Assembly: GCA_963693365.1 (NCBI GenBank)
Contig: CAVNZM010000002.1
Coordinates: forward strand, 16,959,615 to 17,023,614
Direction of reading: 5' to 3'
Source of the DNA: Amoebidium appalachense
Taxonomy: Eukaryota > Protista > Ichthyosporea
Length of the DNA: 64,000 nucleotides
Positions 51,190 to 64,000 of the stretch are shown one piece after another. Position 1 is the stretch's first letter. Each line of letters starts with the position of its first letter. The position numbers were made by a program, and so were the translations under genes. The notes beneath the pieces were generated by a model. It was not told the origin of the DNA. It was given only the letters and a program-made list of their open reading frames with translations, and did no database searches.

Positions 51190-52519
51190 TTCTTCCCCTC
51201 CCAAAAAAAAAACCTGAGACTTGTCTCTCTGTGCCTCGAGTAAACAGCGTAAACGATTACATCTCACAGAGCCTGGCGCGGCCGCCGGCGGTCACCTTTG
51301 CCCGGGCGGTGTGACGCCGGTGAGCTCATGAGCCACCCGAAACTTCCACAGGGCACCAGGCGCATCCTGAGTGGCTGCCGGCAAAACCTAAAAAACTTTT
51401 AACCTTTTTTAGCTTCCAGCCAATAAACATACCTTTTCGCACATATCGTCTAAACCATGGTAAGAAAGTAATTTTTTTTTGAGAAAGCCTTTGTGGATTA
51501 TTTGTAAAATTTGTTCATGCTACTAGATGCCATGGTACAAAAACTGTTTATTAGTGAGCATTTCAATAACAGGCCTATTGTCGGTAGGCTAAGCTTGATG
51601 GCACAAGTAGGGGTATCTGATGTAAGACTATCAGTACACTCTATATTGGAGGGTTTTCATTGGGGAGCCACTTTCATCCTCTTCTTGATTGTGAAGCTTA
51701 GCATAGCCTACAGAGTTGCTCAAACTATTGTACAAGGCTTAAAGGTTCCTCTACCTCCCCAGGGCTAACGCCGCGGGCGGGAAGGACCTTATGTCATGTT
51801 GCACAAGTCAGATCCACCTATCGTGTACCGCGTGCCGCGAGCCGTATGGCCATTCCATCAAATTCCAACTTGCCAAGAGCCGGGGTTACACAGTTGTGCC
51901 CACTTGCACGTGTGTTTATGTCCGTGTTTTGCACTCAGTGTGCAAGTGCCTCTGATCATGCATCCAGAATTTATTGAAGAGCAAAGCCAACCTAAAAAAT
52001 CATCGCAGCCACTTTTTTTCAGCCCTCAACCTCCTGGTTCCTGGAGATTTCTGCTCATCTGACATCATCCCCTCTGATACCCTGTCAGCTGTGACATCTT
52101 TCTATAGTCATTCTGCCCGGAGCCTCCGAGTTGCGCTGTTGTTCGCTTTCTCACACTGCCTCTCTCGGCTCTCTCTCGCCATAGTCGCCCCCCCCCCCCC
52201 CCCCCCCCTCCCCCCCCCTCCCCCCCCTCCCCCCTCCCCCCTCCTCCACCTACCCCTCTTTTCCCTCACCAACAAGACAAACACACTTGAACACACCCGC
52301 GTACAAGCCAGTACAAGCCCCCCACCCACCCACCCACGGAAGGCTTGAACACAATAAACCGTGCCCCTCCCCTCCTCCCATCCCCCCCCCCCCCCCCCCA
52401 CCCACACACACAAACATCCCTCCTCTCCCCCTCCCCCCCCTCCCCCCCTCCCCCCCCCCCCCCTCCCCCCCCCCCCCCCCCCCCCCCCCCCGCTCCCACG
52501 CACACACACGCGCGCGCGC

Positions 52520-52653
52520 GCGCGCACATCCACACCACCGGTACCATTACATGTATACACACACAGAAAGCCCCACCCCAAGAGCCTGCGCGCGCGTCCA
52601 CACCACCGGTACCATCACATGTCACACAAAGAACGCCCCACCCCAAGAACCTG
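52520..52653. repeat. Two ~66-bp tandem copies
   Basis: tccacaccaccggtaccat.acatgt...gccccaccccaaga.cctg twice. Confidence 0.85.
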
Positions 52654-53097
52654 TTATGCCGTTACAACTAAGTTAGGCTGGTTGAATGTTTTATGTTGAC
52701 ATCAGGAGAGTGTAAGTACTATGTAGTGACAGACGTGCGTCAACGGAGGCTGGTCACACCTTTTTGAGTCACATATTAGAGCCAGGAACCCAACCACGCG
52801 CATGACATTACGGTCACCACTCACCATTGGATGCCTCACAAATATTCCTACCCACGGCGACTCGTTTGTGCCACCTACATATGCAGACCTTTAGCACGAT
52901 GCTATGATGATATCGAATCCGCAACCACAATTATGCCACAAAAGAAGCAGTTAGAAGGGACGGGGGGATGGGGGAGTATACCTGTGTGCTACCACGTGAA
53001 CCAATTTTTATTGGATCTTGCGAAACCAGCGCAGGTGCACATTACGCAGGGGCAGAGCGAGTATCGTGTGTGTCCTTAAAGGGGGCCGATGGTGGCT

Positions 53098-53139
<42 letters not shown>

Positions 53140-53820
53140 GTGGCGCGGGAGGCGAAGCGACTAAGCGCGCCTCGGGGAGAAGAGTGTAGTATGTTTGTCT
53201 CCATAGTTTTTGTTGCACGATATGTGTGTGCACGTGTACACGTGTGTGTGTGTGTGTGTGTGTGTGTGGAGGGGGGGGGGAGAAGAATGCATTGGAGGGT
53301 TGGAATTATGGAGGAGAAACCAGAAGACAAACCACAAAACAGCACAAAAATTAGACAACAAGAGTTAACCTACCAAAAACAAAAAGAAATAAAAAATTGA
53401 GTGTTGACACGTGAGGATATCAGGTAATTTGCAAGCAAGTATGCCCAGTGGTTTTGGAGGAAAGGAGGGGAGGGGAGGAAAGGGGGGTTGGGGGCCGGGG
53501 GTGGGTGGGTGGGGGGGGGGGGGGGGGGGGGGGGGGGGAGGAGGGGGCTAGGTTTTTTTTTGAGCATTAAAGGGAGAGAAGAAAAATTACATAGGATTCC
53601 AGCACCTAATCCAGCTATATCGCAAGGTGATGTTGATAAACACACACCCGCAGTGGCAGCATGGGTATCTCTCTTTGCAAAGTTGTTACGTGTCAAGCTG
53701 GACAGCGCCGCTTTCGGACCAAAGGATCACAACCAATATGTGAGGGTCGAACGAACCATGGAAGTGTAGAAACCAATAGACAAAACAAAAAAAACGGCAC
53801 AGGAATAGCGAAACCAGAAA

Positions 53821-53856
<36 letters not shown>

Positions 53857-54726
53857 AACAAAAAAGGCCCTGGGGGGGGCAGCAAAAAAAGGATGATGTG
53901 ATGGACACTTTCCATTCGTGAAAGCAGGTAGATGGGGGAAGGGGTAGCACCCGTCCTGATCAAAAACGAGCACGGTTAATGATGCAAGCACACGTCACAG
54001 TGGGAAGGGCCGGGATTTGTGGTTGCACGAGTATGCAAGAAGAAAGAGAAACGTGTTTTGTGTTTGTGTGTGAGTGGGGGATGGGGGGGGGGGGGGGGGG
54101 GGGGGGGGGGGAGGGGATGGTGCAAGTGAGTGTAGCATGAATGGCAACACTGCTAGTAAAAACCATGGGTCCAAGGTAGCATGAGTAGGGGCTATGGGAT
54201 TTCACGTGCAGAACAACCACAAACACATGTGCACACGTCTCATAGGGGAATCACACCACTACACCACACACGCACTTTGCTTCCCAAAAACACGATCAAC
54301 TCCCAAGACCACATGTGTCCCCATGTATGGGTGATCTATGCATGTTGGTTAGTGCAGCGCATGTCCTTTTACATTCGCAAGTGTGTGTGTGTGTGTGTGT
54401 GTAGAGTGAGTGTGTGCGCGCGCGCACATTGGGGCCTACCCTACGGCAATATTGCCGATCAAGGCGAATGGAGGAAGTTCGTCCTCAGACTGAAGAGAGG
54501 GATGACCAAAGTGCACGGAATACAAAGGCAAAAAAGGAAAACAGCCTTCCGTGAGCGTAGAAGCAAAGAGAAAAAAAGGGCATGTGGAATATGCTCAAAA
54601 TGGGAAGCGGAAAAATGTGTGTGTGTGTGTGTGTGAGTGTGTGTATGTGTATGTGGGGGTTGGGGGGGAGCCATAGGGAGGGAGGGAGAGAGAGAGAGAG
54701 CAAGGGTAGAGATAGACAGAGGAAAA

Positions 54727-54761
<35 letters not shown>

Positions 54762-55289
54762 GGGAGGGAGAAAGGGAGGGAGGGAGGGAAGGAGGGAGGG
54801 AAGGAGGGAGGGAGGGAAGGAGGGAGGGAGGGATGGTGAGGGAGAGAGAGAGAGCGAGAGGGAGAGAGAGCGAGAGAGATAAGAGAGAGAAAGAGAGAGA
54901 GAGAGAGGGAGAGAGAAAGAGAGGGAAAGAGAGAGAGAGGGGAAGAGAGAGTGTGTATCAGAGAGGGAGAGAGAGAGAGAGAGAGAGATTGGCAAAAAAG
55001 GCAGAGACAGAAGAGGTAAACGAGGAGGGATTCGTGAAGTGTGAAGGTGAGAATAGGACAGGAAAAAGATCCATCAAGGAAGAAAGAAGCCGAAACTATA
55101 AAAGCACCGGGTGAGTGAGTGATGAGGATATACATATTAGAATACAAGTGCAGGAAATAGTCCCACAAAGGTAGATGGGTGTAGGATGTGTTACAGAGTA
55201 TGAAGCAAATATTCATGACGAACAACATAATGCAGACGGCAAAGCACACACAGTGTACTATGCATCAAAAGAAAAGTCATTATCAACCC

Positions 55290-55344
<55 letters not shown>

Positions 55345-55856
55345 GGGGGGGGTGGGGGGGAGGGAACACATAAACAAAACGAAAACATGAGCAGAGTCCA
55401 CAACCCTCCCTTCTTCACTTCTTCACACACCTCCTTTGCCCACCTCAATTTTACTAAGCTGCCACTTCCTTTTCATTTTGTCCCCCCCTCCCCCCCCCCC
55501 CCCCCCTCCCCCCCCCCCCCCCCAAAAACACACACACACACACACACACACCGACCCCCTCCCCCTCCCGCTGCGCCCCTCTTGGGGGGGGGGGGGAGGG
55601 GGGGGGAACAGAGAAGAGGGGGAAACAGGGAGAAAAAGAGTTGGAAGGGGCAAGGTGGGGGGGGGGGGGGGGGGGGGGGGGGAAGGGGGGGGGGGGGACC
55701 GAGAGAGATGGGGGCTGAGAGAGAAACGAGGGGGGGGGGAGGGGGGGAGGGGGAGGAGGAGAGAGAGTGTGTGTGAGTGTGTGATAGAGAGCGAAGAGAG
55801 AGTGAGGACGAGACTGAGGGGGAGGGGGGGGCGGGGGGGATGGATGAAGAGGGGGG

Positions 55857-55940
55857 TTTGAATGCGTCATAAAGAACGAAGCACACAAGAACAACGGATA
55901 ACACGATGCAGAATGCAAACCATACATAAAAGAGTATGCA
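55857..55940 (-). repeat. Second copy of the ~85-bp dispersed repeat
   Basis: Reverse complement tgcatactcttttatgtatggtttgcattctgcatcgtgttatccg...gacgcattcaaa followed by a C-run. Confidence 0.8.
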
Positions 55941-55995
55941 GAGATGAGGAGGGGGGGAGGGGGGTAGAGGGTAGAGAGAGGGAAGAGATAGAGAA

Positions 55996-56045
<50 letters not shown>

Positions 56046-56112
56046 GTGTGTGTGTGTGTGTGTGTGTGTGTCTGCGCGCGCACGCGCGTGGCGGTGTGTG
56101 CAAAAGGGGGAA

Positions 56113-56144
<32 letters not shown>

Positions 56145-56511
56145 GCACCAAATATACGTACAAGGCTTATGAACAGCACCAAACCTGCTCATCGTTCTTG
56201 TTGCTCCTAGAAGCTAGCCGACAACAACCAAAATACTTTCAAGCAAACATCAAAGACCGAATACTGTAGAAGAAAGATAACCATACAGAAAGCGAAAATA
56301 ATTTATTTAACATATTGAGATAAGACGCATATCAGGTTGCAAGAGGTCCGGAGGGAACAATAAGGGAGAAAAAAAGGCTTGAGGTTTGTCTGCACGTACG
56401 AGTGGTGAAATTAAGCGTAATGCAAATAACATTGGTCACGAGGTACAGATTCTCTTGCACAGCATGATTTGTGAGAAGATGAATCCGTTGTGTGTTTGGA
56501 GGAGAAGTTGT

Positions 56512-56542
<31 letters not shown>

Positions 56543-59500
56543 GGGGGGAGGGGGAGGGGGGGGGGGGGGGGAAGCAGGTGTGCATCAAGGGTGCATCGGA
56601 AACAAGTTCTAGCAGCAAGGAGTGACTAGAAAACCGGTGCGAATAACCTAAGGGGACCTATAGATATATCCACACAACATGGCTCAACTGGTAGTAGCAA
56701 ATCTTAGACTGAATGGTGCATGCGTACTTGGAGAAAGAGGGGGGGGGGGGAGGGGGTTAACAGTAGAGAGGGTGTGTGGGGGGGGGGGGGGGGGGGGGGG
56801 GTGGGGGGGGGTGGGGGTGGGGTGGGGGGGGGGGAGAGGGGATTATGCTAAGAAAGCAAACTCACGATCATGTGAGACACAGAATGTGTTGTCGTTGTGG
56901 GCATGCAGTTGTAAAAAACTCAGTAAGACCCAATGTGGAGTTTTACCACCCACACAAACACGCATAATGACACCACACACACGCGCGCGCCGCGCGCGCG
57001 CGGCATGCACGCACGCATTTACATCTTTTTTTTTTTTCCCGGGCCCAAACAAATGAACAGGTGTCTAACACAAAGGACTACATGCGTGTCAACCAACCTC
57101 GTTCAAAGACGTCCCAAAGCGCAAGATGCCACCGTCGACGTGACATAGAGGTTTGCGGACCTCCTTCTCCTAAACCTTTTCCGACAACGCAGTAGCAGTC
57201 CTCCTCATACTGGGTGTACGAGGGAAAGGCAGAAATGTGGTACGCAGTGCAATTAACCGATAAAAACCTCTTGCATAACATCACGTTAGGGGATGCCCGA
57301 CTATATAGCCAACGTTACCGCCGCTGTACAAGGGGACAGGAGCGCGAAAGACACAAACGCCTTAACAGGACAAGCAGCATATGCCATACAGTTTACATGT
57401 AGGAATGCACACGTTTTACGCGGCAGGGTACACTGAAAGAGTAAACCTAACTGACCCTACACAACGCAACAGTCCGCTATGTACACCCGTGAGGCTCGGA
57501 CCGGCCCTGGGCAGTTGCGCATGAGGGCATCAAGACATGTCTCGAAGCGCACATGACATGTAGCGAACTGGGCGATAGATCTAAGTCGTATTTGATTGGT
57601 GTATACAAGATTCCGTTGACAATTAGTACGCGTTAGCTTCCGGGAGGTAGAGGGACCTTTAAGCGTGCCGCTAGAATTCGACTTTTAACAAAAATTGATT
57701 CTAGGTAAACTGAAATTTATTCTAAAACGGATAAAGCCCCACGCTTTAGGATCACGGGTGAAAACCCTTTTCGAAGGCCTGCAGGCGCGGCTGTGCCCAC
57801 TCAGTGTGGCGCGTCACTTGAAGAAAGAACAAAGAGCAATGTACAAAGGGCAGAGTACGCTCAAGTTCATAACATGTAGCGCAGAAGAACTCTTAAGTAC
57901 TAGTAAACCCTTCACGTTGTATAACGGTAGAGTCGTGATATGTGTGCCCGCCTTATTGTCTGCATGCACGCACAAACAAACGGGCCATCGCGATGTTGAA
58001 CACATCGGCCAAACGCCGACAAGATCTTTTCTTCCCCCCCCCCCCCCCCCCCCACATACGAGGCCTTTACAACGAATCACACAGTGATGAGCTATTGCGC
58101 CCAGATTGCGCGAAAGTTAAATAAGCCGTTGACACATCATCAAGTTGAGCCTTCTGTATATATAACCAATGCAATCTTCGAACTCTTTGTTGTTGTATGA
58201 GAGGACCTGGTGCAAATAAGGGAAACAGAACGGTTATGGTGGAACATTACATCGACCGGTGCTCCTAGATTGGCTGTTGAAACTATGGGGAAGGAGGTAA
58301 CTGGGATTTGCAGAAAAAGATACGACAGGTGTGTGCAAGCTTGCCAGTCGCCCAACATTTGTTTTGGCATGTGTATGGCGTGCATCGCTTAGTTGTGGGT
58401 GGGACTCCCGTTGTGGGCTAGGCAAACACTACATCTTCGTTCACACTGTATGCATCAGCTTTTCATCTAATGCTTCTGTCAACATGGCTGCCTGATTGGT
58501 GATTCTAGCTTGAAAGGGCTAGGCAATTGTTATATGTGCGCACAAATAGTCAGGTACATACAGTAAGTCCCCTCGCCTGGTTAACTTCTTTCCTATGCGT
58601 TACCCAAACTGAACGAGTTGCAAAGAGCGGAGAGTATGCACGCCATCTGGTACTTAAAGGCCGTTTTTTTGGAGCAAAAGGTACAAGTGCAATCTATGCC
58701 GTATATGTCATAGAAGAGCTCCAGTGCTGCATACATACATGCACATCTCAGTTAAACATATGTTAAAAAGTGCACACAGTGCAAAGCTCGTGTAGATAGG
58801 TGTGTTATGACTGGAAAATGGTCGTGTTAGTTTCCGTATGTTGTTCTCTTCTTAACGAACAGATTGCTCCTCCCTTGCCTTCCCGCCTGGGGGGCTAAAT
58901 GTAACGAAGGGATGAAAGGCGTAAAAGGAAGAAAAAGGAAAGAAAATCAAACTCGTGCACGAAATGAAAGATATAGCATTGTTCGTATCTCTTGCAGCTT
59001 TGCAGAAGCACACACACCTAAAAGCACATTTATAAACTTAAAAGCCGTATTATTAGATAATTGGGTGCATGCGTACAAACCCCCCTGATAACGGTTCCTG
59101 ATCAAGAGCCTTCTAATTGGTGCTTTTGGTTTTGTTCGATGGCTTAATGTCTTTATGTTTGCTACCCTGTAATACTTATAACCCCCCTCACCCCCCCCCC
59201 CCCCCCTCCCCCCCCCCCCCCCAAACACACACACACACCCCAAAGACCCACACACACACATACAAAGTAGGGGGAGGGGGAGGGAGGGAGGAATTCGGGG
59301 CACGAAGTGAAGAACCCCGTCCTCTTGTGGGGCTTTAGGACCATCTGTTGATGAGCTCTGTGTGTGGCTCCATTTTTCTTTTGGTGGTGTGGGGTGATTT
59401 TGCGTGTTTAAAATGTACGTCTTCGGTTTTTTTTGGTTTTTTTTGGTTTTTCTTGCCCCTTCGCATTCATAATTGCCTCTCCCCCCCCCCCCCTCCCCCC

Positions 59501-59618
59501 AGTAATTCTACAGTCACCTTGTTGCATGCCTGGATTTGTGCCCTCGGGAGTGGGTGCCTGTGCCCGGCAATATGCACCAGAATTAGTCAATATAAAGTGC
59601 ACTGCATGTCCCCCCCTC

Positions 59619-59659
<41 letters not shown>

Positions 59660-59856
59660 AAAAATGCGGAATGAAGAATGGAAGGAAGGAAGACAGGAAT
59701 AAATTATAGCTCTAAAAGGAGCACAGTCTCCAGAAAGTGTGCTACTAATAAATTCAGCAACAACTTAATTAACCATACCACTCACCAACTGAACCAACCA
59801 ACACCAGATTAGGAAATCCCGACCCCGTTGCCACTGGACCCGAACATTCTGGAAGA

Positions 59857-60354
59857 ATGCACGAGGGAGTGAGCACTGGGCGGTGGGGGCACAGGGCACT
59901 GGTAGTCGGGGCCTATGCTCTGTTTGTTGCTATGGGCCTGTCGTCATGGCTGCCAGTAAATTCCATCTACCTGCAAATGGTGAGTGAGGGAGGAGTGGGG
60001 CGTAGGTGTTTGGTGGTCGCAACCGAGAGAAATGGTGATAACCTTGATGAGTGTGGGTTGTGGGGTGAAGGTGGGGAAGGAGGAGGGGGGAGAAGGGGGG
60101 GAAGGGGGGGGGGGGGGGGGGGGGGGGGGGCGGGGCGATCGCAGTTACGGGTGCCTGCTACCTGCTTGACGTCAAGCCCTCCCAGTCCCCGTTTCCAAGT
60201 TAGTGCTGTTGGGAATTCCTGATGTCTTCATAATCTTCCAACGTGACCCATCCGCCCACCCACCCGGCAGCTTACCTGCCAACCCACCCACCCGGACATG
60301 CAAGTACCCATTCGCTCATTTAGTCACCTTACCACCACACAAAACACAGGCGCG

Positions 60355-60407
<53 letters not shown>

Positions 60408-60452
60408 CCACAGCCCACACACACGCGCGCGCGCGCGCCCACACACACACAC

Positions 60453-60501
<49 letters not shown>

Positions 60502-62223
60502 ACACACCTCCCCTACTTCAGCCCTTCTACTACCAGCACCTGTACAGCTATGCCGCCAACATAAATTCGGGCATTGCATTTTCCATTGTTGCCGCCAACA
60601 TTCTACCATCCGTTTTCATGATTTTGTCAAGGTACCAACCCTCTGCCTCTCCCACCCTTCCCTCTTTCCCCCCTCTCCCACCCTTCCATCTTTCCCCCCT
60701 TTTTTTTTTGCCCACATAAGCTCCCCCGTCCCTCTCATCTTTGAAGTACACAAGTAATGAAGGGGAAGAGTAAAAAGATAAGGTGGCGGCGGCGGCGGTG
60801 ATAGTGGTGGTGTTTGTGTTTGGAGGGGGGAGGGGGTAAGGGGGGGAGGGTGGGGAGGGGATGAGGGGGGCGGATCATTGATGAAAAGTAAGGGGATATT
60901 AAGGCTGTTGGGTTTCCATACTGACGTGTCCTCCGACACCCCCTCCCTCTCCCTCCCTCCCCCCCCCCCCCCCCCCTCTCCCCCTCTCCCCCAACCCCAC
61001 TCTTTACACCCCCCCCCCCCCCCCCCCGCCCCTCCCCCCCCCCCAACATGCAGGCACTACCACGTATCGTCCACCCCCCTCCTCCTCCTTGTGCTCATCG
61101 GGGCCATCCTGGTGTGTCTGTTGTTTGCCCTCTACTGCGCCTATCTGGGTGCATCGACACTGGTCAACTTTGCGCTTCTTTTGGCATTTTCATTTGCAGC
61201 GGGTGCTGTAGGTGAAATACCTCCCCCCCCCCCCCCCCCCCTCTCCCCCTCCCCTTTTCCCCCTTAAACCCCCCTCCCCCCTCTCCTGCCTTCCGCCGCT
61301 GTGCTCAAAGTATGGGGCAGGGAAGAATGCATGAGAGGTTAAAGAGTCGGAATTGTGGAGGTATAGAAGCCACCCTGATGATGTGCTATTTTATGTATTT
61401 TCCTGCCTGCACATCTGCTTGGGTTTCTTTTTTATGTTTTTGCTTCGAGTGTTTCCACGTCTTTCCTCTACATTCAATGCACATTCCGCAGCTGCGGCGG
61501 CGGCCTCCCTGGCTTTTGCTAATGCTTCCGTTGCATGCTGTCTGTGTACCATTCCATACAATGTGCTGTCTCTTTTCTTCGTTTTCCTGCCTTCTGTACT
61601 ACCCCAACCCCACCCCTCTCCCCCTGCCCCCTCCCCCCACCCCCCCCCTTCCCCCCCCCCCTCCCCTCCCGCCTCCCTCCTCCCCTCCCCCCCCCCCCCC
61701 CCCCCCCCCTCCGGGAGGTGTCCCAGGCATGGGGCAACCCTTGTGGCCGAGCAGGCAATCCTTCGGGTACTTCTTCTCCCCAAATTGAAATTCCCCCTCC
61801 CTTCCCCCCCTCCCCACCCACCCAGTCACCCTCCCTCCCTCCGGTGCACATGTCTCATGTGCACGCCTTTCTCGTCCAATCATACACCTTGGCTCTTGCC
61901 CCATGGCGAGTATTGAAATGTGTTTGCTGCTCAGCTATACCTTCCCCCCCCCCCCCCCCCCCTCTCCCCAATCCCCCCCCCCCCTCCCCCTTCCCCCCGA
62001 TGCCATTTCCTCGGTATTATCGAAACATGTGTACACGTGTACACGAGTACATACATCATACACACAAATGTTTGAGGAGGGAGTGTGAAGCAACTAATAT
62101 CTGAAGACTTTGCAGGGGGCATGACCAGTGTCCTATTTTGGCCGTTTGGAGCCAAATACAGCCCTACCATGCTCAACGGCCTGACCGTGGGTACCTCCCT
62201 AAGGTAGGTGTCTGGAGGGGGAT

Positions 62224-62259
<36 letters not shown>

Positions 62260-62596
62260 TGGGCTTTTTCTTAAAAAAAAAAAAGGGTGGGGGGGGGGGG
62301 GGGGGGGGGGAGGGGTGGGGGGACTTGAGGCGTTTAAGGTGGCATCTCTATATAGGCGAGCAACTGAAACACATTCGAGTGTGGAGCAGTCGGAAAACCC
62401 CGTATGTAATATTTATTTTGGTGTCCTACTACACTTAACCCTTTTTATAACTTGGAGGCTTGTGACATGCCGATATCTGACCACACCACCCTTTCAGTGC
62501 CATATTCCCCGTTGTTGTTGATTTGCTGCAAGACACGACCAGCCACTATGGAAACTCCCGTGTGTCTGTATTCTTTGCGGTTATGAGCGGTAAGAG

Positions 62597-62638
<42 letters not shown>

Positions 62639-62965
62639 CCCCCCCCCTCACCACCACCACCACCACCACCACCAGCCCAAAAAAAAAAGGAAAAGAAAGC
62701 GAAAATAAGAAACAAAACCAACCCGCACACACACTCCCTTGCCACCCTTCCCCCCCCCCCCCTCCCCTCAAAAAAAAAATAAAACAAAATAAATAAATAA
62801 ATAAAAGAAATGAAATAAAGGACGTGGGAGAATAGTGAACCACAGGCAGGCAGGAAGTCCCCTTACTTTCATTCCAGTTCTGAAACACCCCACTCTAAAC
62901 CAGAACATCTCCTTCTTTATCGTTTTCATATGCCTCGTCGCTCCCCCTTTCCCAACCTCGTCTCT

Positions 62966-63000
<35 letters not shown>

Positions 63001-63293
63001 CTCCCTCCCCTTCCTCCGTGTTTCTTTCCTGCTATGCCAAATTTCTTTCCTGCTTTGCGCAAACCCTCCCCTCCATGTTCAACTTCCAGCTGCCACCCTA
63101 CCCCACCCGTCTCTCTGAGCCTGCCACATTTCACCTTCGTCACTACACCTAATGTGCTAAAAATACCAACTTACAACCCTTCACCTAGAGCCAAACAACT
63201 ATCACGAAGCTTCCACCTTCCGTCCTGATAATAGCCCCCCTCACACTCCCCATCCCCTCCACCCCCCCCCCCCCCCCCCCCCCCCGGCGCCCC

Positions 63294-63341
<48 letters not shown>

Positions 63342-63477
63342 CAACAAACCCGACCCTCTTCCTGTTGACCACCGACTCACCCGTTCTGTTTCTTTACACC
63401 AACAGGTCTTTCTGTGATTTCATTGGTCGCCTACCTCTTGATCTTGAGGCTCCCCTTCGTCATGAGAGTGTCCCATA
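59857..63477 (+). CDS. SLC52/riboflavin-transporter-like multi-pass membrane protein, 3'-truncated by window; exons start ~59857, 60521, 61054, 62116, 62478, 63406
   Basis: [21 protein letters not shown]|P resembles SLC52 FGMGSWxxxNGxWxELP. AANILP and [10 protein letters not shown]...LTVGTSLSAIFP resemble ANxGP and TSSVTFLPF...VGEGLSGLLP. Exon phases are consistent. Confidence 0.65.
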
Positions 63478-64000
63478 GTACCTCCCCCCTCCATTCCCCA
63501 CTCCCCTCCTATCCCCCCCTCCCCCCCCTCCCCCCCTCTCCCTTCCCCTCCCCCCTTCCTCCCCCCCGTGAATGCTACCCATAAACCCTTAGGGCGGACT
63601 TTCATCTTGACAGTCTTTTTCATCCCCTTTTTCAGCAGCCCCCCCTCCGCCCCTCCCCCCTCCCCCTCCCCCTCCTCCCCCTCCTCCGCCTGTCACCCGC
63701 CTCGGTCCCGTCCCTCTCTCCCTGCTACCGCTTTTACTCATGCCCCCACAACTAACTGTCTGATCACCTTGTCAGGAATTCCTAACTTGCTTATGGTCTA
63801 CACGATACTACACTAGGAACACATACACCATGCACATATTTTCACCACGGGCACTTGCTAATCCATCCGACCCTCCCCTCCCCCCCTCCCCCCCCCCCCC
63901 CCCCCCCCCCCTCCCCCTCTCCCTACTGCCCCCACCAATCGGCCTCCACTTCCTCCTGTTTTTGCAACCCCGATCTCGTTTCCTGCCCACACACCTCTTT

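Larger units (their letters stand above)
51743..57658. mobile_element. 5.9-kb TTAA-flanked TIR element with Kolobok-type AG...CT termini; no transposase ORF recognised
   Basis: TTAA(51739-51742)|AGGTTCCTCTACCTCCCCAGGGCTAACGC ... GCGTTAGCTTCCGGGAGGTAGAGGGACCT|TTAA(57659-57662). The TIR matches at 24/29. Confidence 0.7.

Noticed and set aside
51320-51346. Hammerhead-like CTCATGAG...CGAAAC (also GTGATGAG...CGAAA at ~58084)
   Set aside because: The essential CUGANGA core is mismatched and there are no supporting stems.
53590-53769. Protein-like frames inside the TTAA element (HRIPAPNPAISQ... on +; HGSFDPH on -)
   Set aside because: No convincing DDE motif or phase-consistent exon chain.
58210-58392. 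Cys-rich 60-aa ORF
   Set aside because: It has a GTG start with an in-frame stop just upstream, no signal peptide and no splice support.

Overview
Eukaryotic (probably protist) genomic DNA with short exons and introns packed with poly-C/poly-G, (CA)n/(TG)n, (GA)n and poly-A tracts. Almost all ORFs in the supplied track are microsatellite artefacts. By manual splicing I recover seven genes: the 3' part of a TAF7-like gene (+), a NOSTRIN-like F-BAR/HR1/SH3 gene (+), a two-exon BTB/POZ gene (-), VPS4 (-), a 79-aa three-exon membrane micro-protein missing from the ORF track (-), a TBL1/ebi-like LisH-WD40 gene (+) and the 5' part of an SLC52-like transporter (+). The non-coding DNA holds the most unusual items. 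(i) A ~1.8-kb near-perfect palindrome built from an LTR-like unit (TG...CA, 610 bp), followed by a primer-site-like 15-mer complementary to the 5' end, not the 3' CCA end, of tRNA-Ala; the same motif recurs at the hairpin apex. (ii) Two highly diverged TA-flanked elements, both exactly 597 bp, with a conserved palindromic core. (iii) A 5.9-kb TTAA-flanked element with Kolobok-type AG...CT TIRs. (iv) A short dispersed repeat that always ends in a poly-C run. (v) Intron patterns: C-runs after weak donors, (CA)n-only acceptors and tandemly duplicated acceptors. Family names come from remembered motifs; no database search was run.
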